From NCBI GenBank assembly GCA_036172245.1, contig JAYWIR010000026.1, positions 2,852,001 through 2,916,000 of the forward strand: 64,000 nucleotides of DNA. Reading direction: 5' to 3'. Made by a program: the position numbers and the translations under genes. The stretch comes from Raillietiella orientalis. Lineage: Eukaryota. The notes beneath the pieces are model-generated. The model did no database searches. It saw nothing but the letters and a program-made list of their open reading frames with translations, and was not told the origin of the DNA. Every line of letters begins with the position of its first letter. Position 1 is the stretch's first letter. Positions 11,730-24,600 of the stretch are shown piece by piece.

Positions 11730-14700
11730 GACCTCTTCAAGGCCTCGTTCCGCGAGTTCTGCGAGGAGTTTCCCCTGCTTGCCTGCCCCCCGGATTCTGG
11801 GAGGGGGCTCGGAACCATCGGGCTTATCTACAGGCCCGCCGGTACGAGAGGACTCCGAATGTCCGTCGCCTCGCGGAATATCAAGCCGGGGCCGAACGCC
11901 AAGCCTGGCAATCCGGGTCGGCCAGCTTGCTGGACGACCAGGGCCGGGAGCGATCCGCCCCACCCGCGATCAGGCACCTCGTGCGACGTTATTACTCCTC
12001 CCTCTACGCTAGGGCACCCCCAGAGCGGAACGCCTCAAGGCTCCTGCTCCCGGATGGAGCCCCGGCAATAGGGGAGGAGGAGAAGATCAGCCTCGACGAG
12101 CCTTTTTCTACCGGTGAAATTCTCGCCGGTATTAATAGGCTCTAGAGGCGAAAGGCGCCAGGGGAGGATGGCCTGCCTGCGGAATTCTTCCAATGTTTCG
12201 CAACAGAGCTGGCACCCCTGGTGCTTCAGTTGACCGGGCTGATGCGAGACGAAGGCGACGTTCCCGCCTCGTTTCGGTCAGCCCATGTGAGGCTCCTTCC
12301 GAAGGGAGGAGACCTGAGATCCCTAGGCAACTGGCGTCCGATCACAATTGTGAATACGGACGCCAAGCTCATCGCTGGTTTGTGGGCTTCCCGTTTAGGA
12401 CAGGTGGCAGACTCCATAATTAGCCCTAAGCAGACATACGCTGTTCCCGGGCGAAGTATGGATGCCAACCTGTTCTTCGTGAGCACATGGTTCCATGTGC
12501 AACGCTGCCTGAATGAAACTGGCGGAAAGATTGGCAACCTCACTTTGGGGCCGCCAGACGGGCTGAGAATGGACACATGGGCTGGGAAGGGGCCCTAGCG
12601 ATCGCGGTCGATCTCCATAAGGCGTTCGACTGCTTTGACCAGGAGCTACTGTTGGAGCTCCTGGGTCGCACGGGCTTCCCACCCTCCCTTCTCTCCTTCC
12701 TGCGCTCCTGCTGGCGCAACGCCATAATTAACATCTGTTTCTCCAGCCAACAGGTGTACGGCGTGTCGGTGCGGCGGGGCATACGGCAGGGCGATAGCCT
12801 CAGTCTCCTGCTCTTTAGCACCTACTTTGTGTTGGTGCTGAGAGCGTACAGGGTGACTTTGGCTGCCCTGCCCAGCTCGTGCCCCGGCCCCCCCGCCGTA
12901 GCAGGATACGCCGACGACCTTCTGCTCATGTTGCCCATGTCCGCCCCGGCAGCCGCAGTCGAGGATTTCTTCGACCTGCTAAGTCGTGGGACTGGACTGC
13001 GGGTAAACAAGGCGAAGTCGTCGGTCGTACCGGTGGGTGCGACGTGGGTCGGACGGCCTGACTGGATCCGCTTGGGGATCCCCGCGGCCAGGTACCTGAA
13101 GTACCTGGGTGTCCCGTTGGGGGACTTCTTCCTCGCAGAAGCCTGGTCAGGTCGTCTCCAAAAGGTAGAGTTGGCAATCGGCCCGTACCTGGAAGGCAAG
13201 TTCCTTCTGCCGGAACGGGCCGCGGTGTGGAACGCTTCCGCGGCTCCCATCCTCCGCCCCCTGCTTTTTGTGTGCTTCGTCCCCCGTGACATTAAAAAGA
13301 GGACAAAAGACCTACTCCGCATCGCCCTCTGGGGCAGCGGGAGGCCACGTGTGCCTCTGGATGATTTATGCGCTCCTCGTCGGGACGGCGGTCTCGGCCT
13401 CCTGACGCTGGAGCGCCTGGAAATACAGCTGCGATGGCGCACCCTCGCCATCGCAGCAAAGTCATGGAGCACCCCTTGGTGCGCTCCGGCCCGAATCCTC
13501 GCCAGCCGTGTGTCCAGGACGCAAGGACTCGCGTCGTTCCTTCTGTGCTCCGGCAGGAAGGTGAGAAGATGCGGCCTTCTTCTTGGGCGCATGGAAGCCC
13601 TGGTCAGAGACAACTGCTGGACGGTATGCAGCTTCGCCAACTCCTCCGCCTGGCTGGAGGAATCAGTTGCGACGTGGGCCAAGCTGAACCTCCAGACTTC
13701 CCCGGACTGGAACCGCCTGCGATTCGGCCCCAACGCCCGCTGCACACTGCGGACTACTCTGGAGTGTCCCGTCAGGAGCGCGTGGGCGGAGACCACTTCT
13801 CTAGCTTCGACCCTGCCCTTCCTCCGGAGGGCTTTAACCAGCGGCCGCAAGCCAAAGTGGCAAGTCTCCTGCCGAATCGCAGGCAAGGAGAAGAAGATGA
13901 GCGGTTGGACCATGGGAGAACTGGCGGATGCCACGACCCCGAGTGCCCTCCCTCGTGGACTTCGTCGATAGGGCGAGCTGCTCGGCATCCCGACGGATGA
14001 CCTGAAGTGGCCCCCAATACTGATAGGATCCAGGCTTCTCCCCCTGAAGTGGCAAGAGTCGGCGCTGCTGCTGTTGCACTGGGGTCTACCCTGCAACGCG
14101 CAACGCTTCCACTGGACACGGGGGAGTGTAAGGTCTGAGTGTGCCAGGTGTGGGGAGCGAGAATCGCTCCCCCACCTACTAGTTGACTGTGCTGCCCTCC
14201 GACCCCTGTGGGAACGGTTCGGGACGACCTTCGGGCTCCCAATGGGCAGCGCGCCCAGAGACGTTCTTCGGCACCTCTTCGTGCGGCACGCCCTGCAGCC
14301 CGCCGCAGCCCTCGCAGCCCTCTGCTGCATCCGGGGCATCGTGGCGGCATGGAGCGACATTCGCGACGAAGGAGTGGATGCCAACGTGAGGGATGTCATG
14401 CCGTATGCGGTCTGCTTCATGCGGAGAGCAGCGAGATGGCCACATCTGGGAAACATGAAGATGGACCTAGAGGGCATCCTGCGAAGGATGGACCCTCCTC
14501 TAAGTGGATTGTGATCCCTTCCTCTCCCTCCAAACTCTTTTTTTTGCTTTCCTTATCTTTATTTTTCTTTTTGTTTTGATACCTATCCCCCTCCACTGCC
14601 GAGCAGCGTCACGCCGGGCTACGTCTCGGCGTCCCGGCAGGTCCGGTGTCGTGTGGCCGTTAGTGGGGCCTCGTACCACGTTTATGCAGAGTTTTTTCAA

Positions 14701-14732
14701 TAAACGCCCCGGGCGTACCCGGGTGGCAACCT
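11706..14732 (+). mobile_element. Segment D: 3' half of a family-A element (linker-RT-zinc finger-3' UTR)
   Basis: Resumes ORF2 as TLRSLQDWDLFK straight after C; RT in ORF 12577-13971 (DLHKAFD, YADD); finger in 14074-14514; AATAAA 14699-14704 and terminal hairpin. Confidence 0.94.
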
Positions 14733-17342
14733 AAAATCCCGCAGGTAGGCGATGCAGGGGGAACTGATCGCAGAACTCCTTGACCGACCGCTTGAAGCGG
14801 TCCCAGTCCTAAAGTGTCTGCATCCTCAAGCTCCGAATAAACGCGCGGAGGTGCTCCGCCGCGTCGGGAAACTTCAGCCAGTCCCCTGGCAGACGCCACG
14901 CTGACAAGGGGGGGCCCTTGTCGCGCGGACGCACTTCGAACATGATCCGACCATGGTCCGACAGCTCGGATGGTACCTTGCCGCGCCTGCCCACCCGAGA
15001 GCATAGGTGCTGATCAAGGTACACGTGATCGATGCTGTTTTCCATGTCCGTGTCCCCAACCAACAAGTTGCGCGTGTTCATTTCTGCGCACAACTCGTTG
15101 ACGCGGTCGTTCAGTGTATCCGGCGCACCTGAAAGCAGGCGCAGTTTGAAATCACCTGCGATCAGGTGCGCTTTGCGAACTCGTGCATCGGTCAGCCAAT
15201 CGCGTCTCAGGGCAAGGTAGAATTCCCTTCTTGCCTTCGCCCTCAACGCGTTGTTTCCGCTAGGAGCGTATAGGTTGGTGACGACCACGTCGATAGAGTC
15301 GGACCAGCTGAGAGTCAGCTGACCGACGCGACCTGCGTCATCGAACCGAACGTCCTTTATTGCGGTCTCGATGGCTGGCCGAAGCAGGTAGGCGACACCG
15401 CTTGATTTCGCGGTGCCGCAACGCCACAACAGCCGCCCACCCGAGATCCGTTCGCTCTTCCGGGCTTGATCTGCGGAGATCACGTGGATCTCCTGCAGCA
15501 GCACCAGGTCGAAGGATGCCAGGGTGACGGCCACGTCACGCCTCTTGCCGTCGACGCTTAGCCCCTTCACGTTCCAACAGGCGATCAGAAGACGACGGCG
15601 AGAGGCGATTCCCGGCATTATGGCTGGGAAAGTGGCGTCGCGGCACCTGCCGCGGGGCAGGTGTACGAAAGGTCCATCGGAACGAGGACGGAGGCCTCTT
15701 CAGGAGCATGGGTACCTGTTCGGCCTCCATCCTCACCATGCCCTCCGTGTCCGAGCGTGGAATTCTCTCGGGCGACGGGTCCCGGGAGTTTCCCACGCTC
15801 ATGGCACCCTCGCTACCGCTAGCCATCTCTTCCCCTTCGTCGGGGGAGACGATCTTCCGGGGCATTGTGGACTTTCGTCCTGCCTTTTTGCGGGGTGCCG
15901 CGGAGATGGATGCTGTGTTTCCGGCCTTCACCTCGGGGTCGGAAGTGGCCGACTCCTGAGGGAAAGCCGGACGCCTGACAGCCTTCTTGCCAGCCTTGGG
16001 GGCAACCGGCTGCAGCGAGGCAGCGAGCTCCTCCGCGGCGCGCTCGAAGGCGACGTCATCGAGCGTGGGCTCGATGACGGACGCCGCCGCCTCGCTCACC
16101 TCCTTGTTGACTTTGTCAACGGAGGGTTGAGCAGGGGCAGCAGCGAGTTTTTTAGCGCCGCATTCGTCGATGGCGGGAATCCGCTCTACAACGACGCAGC
16201 AGCTTTTTATTTTATCGCGGCGCGGAGCGGTTTCGCTCAGTTTCGCCAAGTCCTTTCCCTTTTTATGGGAGTTTTTCTTGGGGTCGACCTTCTGCCACCC
16301 TGGCTCTTGACCCTCGCCCTCGACCTTTTCGGCGTGTTTCGCCGAGGTCTTGAGGCTGGCCTTCGCCTTGGTGGCGGAGGTGACCTCCTTAGGAGCAGCA
16401 CGAGCTGCCAGCTTTTTTCTCTTTTTTGCCGCGCGCTTTCTCGCGTTTTTCGCGGACACGACGCGGACTGTGTTTTGGGGGCACACCAGACGGGTGTGCC
16501 CCGCTTGTTTGCATTGCTGGCACTGCACGCTCGGACACCTCATTTTAAGGTGACCAAAGCTGCTGCAGCAGCCGCAAAACTTGGGTTTCCCGACGTACCA
16601 GACGTCAACGGATTCACCGTTGACGGTAAGTTTGTGGGGAAACTCACATTCCTCGCAAACCGTCACTCGCGCTGCACCCAAGCCGCCAAGCACCCCGTCG
16701 TAATCGACAAAAGGAGTAGGCTTTCCCCACAGCGCGTGGACAGTTGCAAACTTTTCTAATTCGTTCCGGACGGCCTCCTTCGTCATCCGGAACGTGATAC
16801 CGGTCAGGTGAACGATCACCGACAAGTCTTCAGTAATGGGGAGAAGCCTCCGGCTGCCCATAATTACGGGGGTTCGCAGAAGTCTCTGCGCAAAAGTTGC
16901 CTCCTTGCAGATAACTTCCACAAATTGACCCTTGCTTCTGACGGACATAGCCAGAAGCTCCTCTTTTTGTACACCGAGAACGCGCATCGCCTGAGAAAAG
17001 GCGCGCGCGTTCTCGGGAGAATATGAACCACCTACCTTATATAGAAGGGGTGGGTTATACCCCTCCTCCAGGTAAGCGCGCATTTCCGGCATAGCCGCTG
17101 GCGTAGATGCCGCAGCCACGGCGTTCCAAGCCCTGAGTAGGGCCAAGGGCGCATCCATGCTGGCGGGAGCCTCCACTGATGCGGGAGCCCCCACCTCCAT
17201 CTCCTCCGGGGGCAATGAGGTCATCGCCCCCGGATCCTCACCGGTGGTGGTATCAGGCATTGCTGCCTAATCCTCCACCCACACCACGCAGAAGCACCAA
17301 CGAAAATGGAACTCACGAGCAACGAGAAGACACGTCGGCTCG
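14733..17342 (-). mobile_element. Segment E: 5' half of a family-B element (ORF1 + APE), cut by D
   Basis: Near-identical to the 5' halves of B and C; ORF1 from 17260 almost intact; ORF2 from 15618 breaks at HRLPAGF. Confidence 0.95.
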
Positions 17343-20300
17343 ACGCTCCGGAATCTCCAGGACTAAGACCTTTTTAAGGAATCGGTCCGGGAGTTCTGCG
17401 AGCAGTTCCCCCTGGATCGCCTGCCCCCCGGATTCGGCGAGGGTGCTCGCAACCATCGGGTTTATTTACAGGCTCGTAGGTACGAGCGAACTTCTAATGT
17501 CCTTCGCCTCGCCGAGTACCGCGCCGGGGCCGAACGCCAAGCCTGGAAATCCGGGTCGGCCAGCTTGCTGGAAGACCCGGGCCGGGAATGTTCGTGTGCG
17601 GCGTCGGTGCGGCATCTCGTGCGGAGTCATTATTCCTCCCTTTACGCCAGGGCGCCCCCGGATCAAGATGCCTCTCAGCTCTTGCTTAAGGATGGTGCTG
17701 CGGCAATAGGGGAGGAGGAGAAGATCAGCCTCGACGAGCCTTTTTCCACCGGAGAAATTCTCGCCGGTATCGAACGGCTCAAGAGACGGAAAGCTGCAGG
17801 GGAAGACGGCTTGCCCGCGGAGTTCTATCAGAGCTTCGCGGAAGAGCTGACACCCCTGCTGCTTCAGCTGACAAGGCTGATCCGAGACGAAGGCGATGTT
17901 GCCGCCTCGTTTCGGTCAGCCAGAGTGAGGCTCCTTCCGAAAGGAAGAGACCTTAGGAATTTGAACAACTGGCGTCCGATCACGATTGTGAATACGGACG
18001 CCAAGTTGGTTGCCGGGCTATGTGCTTCGCGTCTGGGGCATGTGGCAGAATCCATTATTAGCCCGGAGCAGACATATGCTGTTCCCGGGTGAAGTATGGA
18101 TGCCAACCTCTTCTTCGCGAGCACATGGATGCACGCGCAGAGGTGTCAAAAGGAAGGGAAAGAAAAAATCGGCAACCCCACTTTATGGCCGCCAGCTGGG
18201 CAGGGAATGGACTCCCGGGCGGGGAAGGGGGCCTTAGCGCTCGCAGTCGATCTCCATAAGGCGTTCGACTGTGTTGACCAGGGGCTTTTGTTGGAGCTCC
18301 TGGGTCGCATGGGCTTCCCACCCTCCTTGATCAACTACCTGCGCTCCTGCTGGTGCGATGCGATAATTTCCGTCTCTTTTAGCAGTCAGAAGGTGCATGG
18401 CGTGCCGGTGCGGCGGGGCATAAGGCAGGGAGATAGCCTGAGTCCCCTGCTCTTCAGCACCTACTTTGAGTTGGTGCTGAGAGCGTACAGGGTGACTTTG
18501 GCCTCCTTGCCGAGCTCGTGTGCCGGCACGCCCGCCGTGGCAGCCTATGCCGACGACCTTCTGCTCCTGTTACCTATGTCCACCCCGGCGAAGGCGGTCG
18601 GAGACTTCTTCGATCTGCTCAGCCGTGGGACCGCACTGCAGGTCAACAGGGCGAAGTCGTCGGTGGTGCCAGTAGGTGCGGCGTGGGCAGGGCAGCAGGA
18701 CTGGGTCCGTCTCGGGATCCCCACGGCGAGGTGCCTCAAGTACCTTGGTGTGCCGTTGGGTGACTATTCCCCTGAGGAAGCGTGGTCCAGCTGTCTTCAA
18801 AAAGTTGAGACGGCGATCGGCCCGTTCCTGGAAGACAAGTTTCTTCTTCCGGAACGGGCCGCGGTTTGGAACGCCTTCGCGGCTTCCATTCTCCGCTTCT
18901 TGCTTTTTGTTTGCCCCGCATCAGGAGTAGTTAAAAAGAGGACGAAGGACCTCCTCCGCATCGCCCTTTGGGGCAAGGGGAGGCCCCGAGTCCCTCTGAA
19001 GGACTTGTGCGCTCCGCATGGGGATGGTGTCCTTGGCCTCCTGACGCTAGAACGCGTGGAAATTCAGCTGCGGTGTCGAACCCTCGCCATCGCAGCGAAG
19101 ATGTGGAGGACCCCTTTGTGCGTTGCGGCCCGCCACCTCGCCAGGCGTGTGTCCCGGTGCGAAGGACTCGCGTCGTTTCTTCTGTGCCCAGGCCGGAAGA
19201 TTCGATGATGCGGTCTACTGCTCGGCCGTATGGCAACCCTGGCGAAGGAGAACGACTGGATGGTTTGTGGCCTTGCCAACTCCTCCGCTTGGCTGGAATT
19301 GACTGCTGGCACCTGGGCCAAGCACAACCAGAGGTGCGAAGACCGGATGAACTGCCTGCAAGTCGGCTTTTACGCCCGTTGAACTCTCCGTGAAATTCTT
19401 GAATTTCCACCGAGTTGCACGTGGGCGGAAGGGACACCCCTTGCTACGGCGATGCCCTACCTCCTGAGGGCGCTTCAGGATCGCCAGAAGCCGAGGTGGC
19501 AAGTCACCTGCCAGATCGCAGGCAGGGAGAAGATGTTAAGCGGCTGCACCACAGGAGAACTGGCGGACGCCACGACCCCGAGCGTCCAGCCGCGTGGATT
19601 AATGAGATAAGGCGAGCTGCTCGCCATCCCTACGGATGTGCTGAAGTGGCCCCCGGTACTAAAGGAATCCAGGATCCTGCCCCTTAAGTGGCAAGAGTCG
19701 GCGTTGCTACTGCTGCACTGGGGCTTACCCTGCAACGCACGCCGCTTCCACTCGACAAGGGGAGGTGTGGATCCTGAGTGTGTCAGGTGCGGAGAGTGGG
19801 AATCGCTCTCCCACCTTATTGTGGACTGTGCTGCCATCCGACCCCTCTGGGAACGGTGCCGGGCGACCCTCGGGCTCCCTACGGGCAGCACTCCCAGAGA
19901 CGTTCTTCGGCCCCTCTTCGTGAAGGACCCACTGCAGCCAGTTGCAGCCATCGCAGCCTTGTGCTGTGTCCGTGGCATCGTGGCGGCATGGAGCGACGCC
20001 AATAACAAAGGAGTGGGTCCACTCGCAAGGAATGTCATCCCATACGCCCAGCGCTTCATGCGGAGAGCTGCCGGATGGCCCCAACTGGGGAATATACGGA
20101 CGGACCTCGAGGCCTTCCTTCAACGGATGGGCCCTCCTCACAGCGTTAAGTGATCCCTTCCCTGCCCTCCAACTTCTTTTTGTCTGTTTATTTTTTTATT
20201 TTTCTTTTTGTTTTATTCCCATCCCCCTTCGCTGCTGAGGAACGCTACGCTGGGCTGCGTCCCGGCGTCCCGGCAGGTCCAGTGCATATTGCCGTGAGCG

Positions 20301-20367
20301 GGGCCTTGTACCGCGGATGTAGAGTTTTTTAAAAATAAACGCCCCGGGCGTACCCTGGTGTAAACCT
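17343..20367 (+). mobile_element. Segment F: 3' half of a family-A element, disabled ORF2
   Basis: Begins with the 17-bp target (17343-17359); RT in ORF 18096-19208; finger in 19638-20153; AATAAA 20334-20339 and the same terminal hairpin as D. Confidence 0.94.
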
Positions 20368-20380
20368 CCAAGGCCAGTTG

Positions 20381-21650
20381 GAGGACGTGTTTTTCCTTCA
20401 CTCCTGAGAGGGTAGTAGGAAAACGCTTTCTTGTGTGTGGTGTTTTGTGTACATCGTCGGTGTCCAATGGCCACGACGCCAGAGGACACCGCGATGGAGG
20501 TGGGAGTGGGGTAGGCTAGTTCGCCCCCACAGCCTACTGGAGCAGGGGCAGCCGCCCTGGAATCATCCATGGGCACGCCGAGGACATGGAGAGCCATGGT
20601 GGCCGCGCAAAGCGCAGAAGCCATGGCGGAGATGGCCGCATACAAGGCCTCCGGGAACAAGCCATCGCTTGTCTACCAGGTAGGAAACTTGTTCGACGGT
20701 CGGACAGCGCGCGCCTTCAGCAAAGCGTTGAAGGACGCGAATGTTACTGAGAAGAATCTGGACGGCCTCTCCGCCCTCAGCGGCGGGCAGCGGGTCGAGG
20801 TGGTCTGCAAAGATGTCACCTTGGCTCACCGCCTAATCCATTCGCCGCTGAACGTAGACGGCCGCAAGATCCTGCCAGTATCAATGGACCGCTCCGTTGT
20901 GGTCCACATGACTGGCATCACCAGCCGCATGACGTGGTCAGGGGCTGGTGAGGAATTACAAAAGTACGGTGAGGTGCACGCACTGTGGCCGAAACCCTCC
21001 ATTTTCGACGGCTTTGATAGCCTTTTTGGTGGGCAGGCTGCATCGCGGGTCACCGTAAGGGAAAATTGTGGGCTTCCTCACAAACTACAGGTGGCGCAAG
21101 AAAACGTCGACCTGTGGTATTTAGGGAAGCCCCGGTATTGCGGGCATTGTGATACCATGGGACACCTACGTAAAAGGTGTCCCAATATACAATGCCATTT
21201 GTGCGGGGAGCGGGGCCACGTTTGGCGCGTGTGCCCCAAACGCCTTACCCCGGTTCCCCCTGCCGCGAAAAAAGCGCAGGGAAAACGTGCTTCAAAGGTC
21301 TCTAGACCTAAAGTAGAAAAGGGCCAGCACAAGCTGCCAACACCTCAACCTCCGGAGCGTAAGCCGGAGGATAATCCTTCTGAAAAGGTGGAAGGCGAAG
21401 AGGGATGGCAGCTTGTAGAGGCCAGAAAGCCTAAGAAACTCCCACCCGCGGAGAGCAAAGAGCGCAAGACGGCCGGAAAGCCGAAAAAACCCGGTCCGCG
21501 CTCGAAAACTCTGCGCGAGTGCACGGTGGCACTGGAACGAATCGTCGTTCCCAAGATTGCCACCCGGAGCGTCGATATTCCCCTTGCCGTTTCCGCTGCG
21601 CTTGAGGCTCGCGACGGCGAACCCTCTGTTTACACAGAGGGTGAGCGGTG
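20381..21650 (+). mobile_element. Segment G: 5' end and ORF1 (two CCHC), tandem behind F, probably family A
   Basis: GGACGTGTTTTT at 20383; ORF1 from ATG 20467 (early TAG at 20512) homologous to B ORF1; knuckles CGHCDTMGHLRKRC and CHLCGERGHVWRVC. Family assignment inferred from the tandem position. Confidence 0.85.
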
Positions 21651-24600
21651 CCAGGACCAGGTGCCAGGTGCCAGGATGCAGGCACTTAGAGGAGGAGTGG
21701 AGAGACCGTCGTCCCCCATGGAAGCCATGGAGGTAACGTGCGGCAACGGCGAGGTGGCGGCAGGCATGCCGAAGATCGCGCCCGCGGCGGGCTTTGCTGC
21801 GCCGGCGGCGCCGATGCCAAGGGTCGTGCCCGCGAGGACGACGGCGGAGGTCGTGCCCGCGAAGGCGACGCCGAGGATCGTGCCTGCGGCGGGGAAGGTG
21901 GCGCCTGCGGCGGTAATGCCGATGGTGCCGCAAGCGGCGGTAACGGCGGCAACGTCGAGGTTTGCGCCCGCGGCGGTGGCGTCCCAGGCGGGACCCGCGG
22001 GCGTCCACGCGGTGCAGGGAGCGACGCCATCTTGTTCGGCTGCGGCATCGCAGCCCTTTTCTTATGCGTCGGTGGCGGCTGGACAGGCGAGTGTCCACCC
22101 ACCAATGAAATTCGGTAAGCCGCTTGGCGGAAAAGTTCTAAAAGTGGACCGACCAATAGTGGAAATAGGCCCCAACGTGAAGCCCATTATCTTCAAGACG
22201 GGGCTAATAAAATTTAAAAACATCAGGGAGGTCTATTTGTCCCTCGACAAGACGGACATAGACTTTGATCGCATTCAGGCGATCATTCCATCGAACAACG
22301 GGTTCACAGTCTTTACAGACTGTGAAAACATTAGAGAGCGATTGATCCAGAAGGGGATCAATATACAAGGACGGATGGTTTGTGGTATTGGCGAGATGCC
22401 ATACACAACCGTCTCTTTAAACGGCATCTCCATCCTCACACCGCAACTAGCGGTGTGGAATTACTTGGAGCAGTTTGGGGAAGTTCTGGACCTTGATTTC
22501 CAGAACTTCTCTGGAAACATATTTTCTGGCGACATGATGGCCTAGATGAAGTTGAAGGAGGGAGCGGTGATCCTGGATCGGCCGTTATTGACGAACAATC
22601 CCAGGGAGTGAATGTGCGTTACCGGCAACAACCGGTATTTTGCACCGGGTGCAAGCAGTTCGGCCACAGGGCCGGCGCTTGCCCAACTTGCCGCTGCTTT
22701 CGCTGCGGCAAAGTAGGACATCAAGTCCGAAACTGCCCGCAGCCGGAGGTGTGCTCCTTCTGCAAGAAACACGGACATGCCAAATGGAGCTGTCCGGAGT
22801 TTGCAAACTGCAGAAGCATTCGAGGTCTCTCTCCCGTAAGAAAGAGAAACCCCAAGGAGGCGTAACAGCCTTAGACGGCAGGAAGGCCGAAGGAGGTGAA
22901 AGAAGCCGTCGCGGTATGAAAGACGGCTTCATACAGGTAGGGAAGAAAGGAAAGGGGAGGATGCTCGACAAGGATCGATAAACCACTCTTATCCTGGAAG
23001 GTGAGAATTCAGAAGGCGAGAAGATGGAGGTAGCGCAGGAACGCGCGGAAGAAGAAATAGCCGAAGCCACTCCGGTGTCTTAGGAGGCCCTGCAATCTAC
23101 GGAGGAGCTGGCATCACTGGCTAATAAAGTCCTAGAGGTGATGAGCGGTCCCCACCAAGAAAGAATTTTGCAAAAGAGCTGCAATGCACAGGAGAAGGTC
23201 AACCAGGTTGTGGAGGTCTTCGAGCGCGAGTAGCTAGAGGAACAGCTTCTCGACGTAAAGGCGAACTTCTGCACCAATGTCGAGATAGAAACGCTATCTC
23301 GAAAATTGATCGCGCGGGCCGAAAACTCGACTGAGGAGGCGGAAGTAACCGACCTCTCCGGAACAGAGAGTGACGCCGGCAGCGAGAAGCCCGCTGCTTC
23401 TTTATTGTCTGGAAGAGCACGCTCTCTCAGACAGAAGAAGCTCAGGAAGGGCAAGAAATCGGTCTTACCCTTTTATGGCCTCTTCCCTATCGACCGCCAG
23501 AGGGCTGAACATCGCCTCCTGGAATGTAAACGGTGTGGTGGACCAGGGAAAAAGAAAAAGGATTGTGCGGACCATCGCACAACAAGACATAGTCTGCCTG
23601 CAGGAGACCAACAAGGTGGGTCTCAAGATTAGTCAGCAAATGGAACGGCGATTCAAAGGGCAGATCTTCGTCAGCGAGGAAGAGCGGAACACGCAGTTTG
23701 TGGCGGTCCTAATCAATAACAAATTGGCTCCCACTATTCTCAAAGTGTTCTGTCCCCTACCGGGACGAATCATCGGCGTGCGACTGGCCTGGTCCGCCAC
23801 TGTTCACCCTATCCTGGTGAACCTGCACTGGCCGTACAGGCTAAAACATCGTTGAACGGAGGCGCTGCATGAAGCACTTCGTGAAAAGGTTGCTTCCAAG
23901 GACGTCGTGATTGTTGCTGGCAATCTCAACATATTGGATGAGATCACTCACTCCGAAGACGCCAGAAGAAGGACGGCGTATCGGCGGTTATCCGAAGAGT
24001 TCAGACTGGTGTGTCGAACTGCAAGTCACAAGCCGATCGATCACCTCCTGCACAGCACCAAACTCGGGAATCGCATCGATGGTTTTCCAGACATTATGAC
24101 CACGGTGTTCGATCACCACCTGGTGCGGTTTTTTCTGAAAACGGAGAATCCTCGGCGTTGGCAAGGCACCAAGGCGGCGCTCATCAGCATGCCCGCCTGG
24201 TTCGAAACCCATCCCGTACATCAGGCTGTCCTGCAGACGATTCTGAAGACAACAACAATTCGAGGAGTCGCCATATGATACAGCCTAAAACACAGGATAC
24301 ACTTGTTTGCAAACATGCAGTTCGGGGAGAGGCGCTTGAGGCAGGAGGAGTACCGGGAGCTGAACATGCAAGATCGCTCACTCTGAAAGTACTTCGATCA
24401 GTACGAGAGTCGGTACGTCTTCAAGAACATAAAAGGGGAAGTCGGCGTGCTGGAGAAGAGAAATCTAGCAACAGATATCTTCTGCATCCAGTACGACGGC
24501 CAAAAGCGACAGTCGTCTGAGGACATCGTGGATGCCTTTCACAGGCATTACACGAAACACTTCAGGCGACAACATCTGTGTCGCTCTAGTCAACAGGCCT

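Noticed and set aside
1221..16759. Long antisense or alternate-frame ORFs (e.g. 1221-2534, 6948-8033, 12822-14477, 15524-16759)
   Set aside because: Shadows of GC-rich retrotransposon coding sequence; no motifs, and not kept open consistently between copies.
623..17359. 17-bp repeats as CRISPR repeats or att sites
   Set aside because: Spaced kilobases apart at LINE termini in a eukaryotic context; they encode part of the host ORF2, and no cas or recombinase gene is present.
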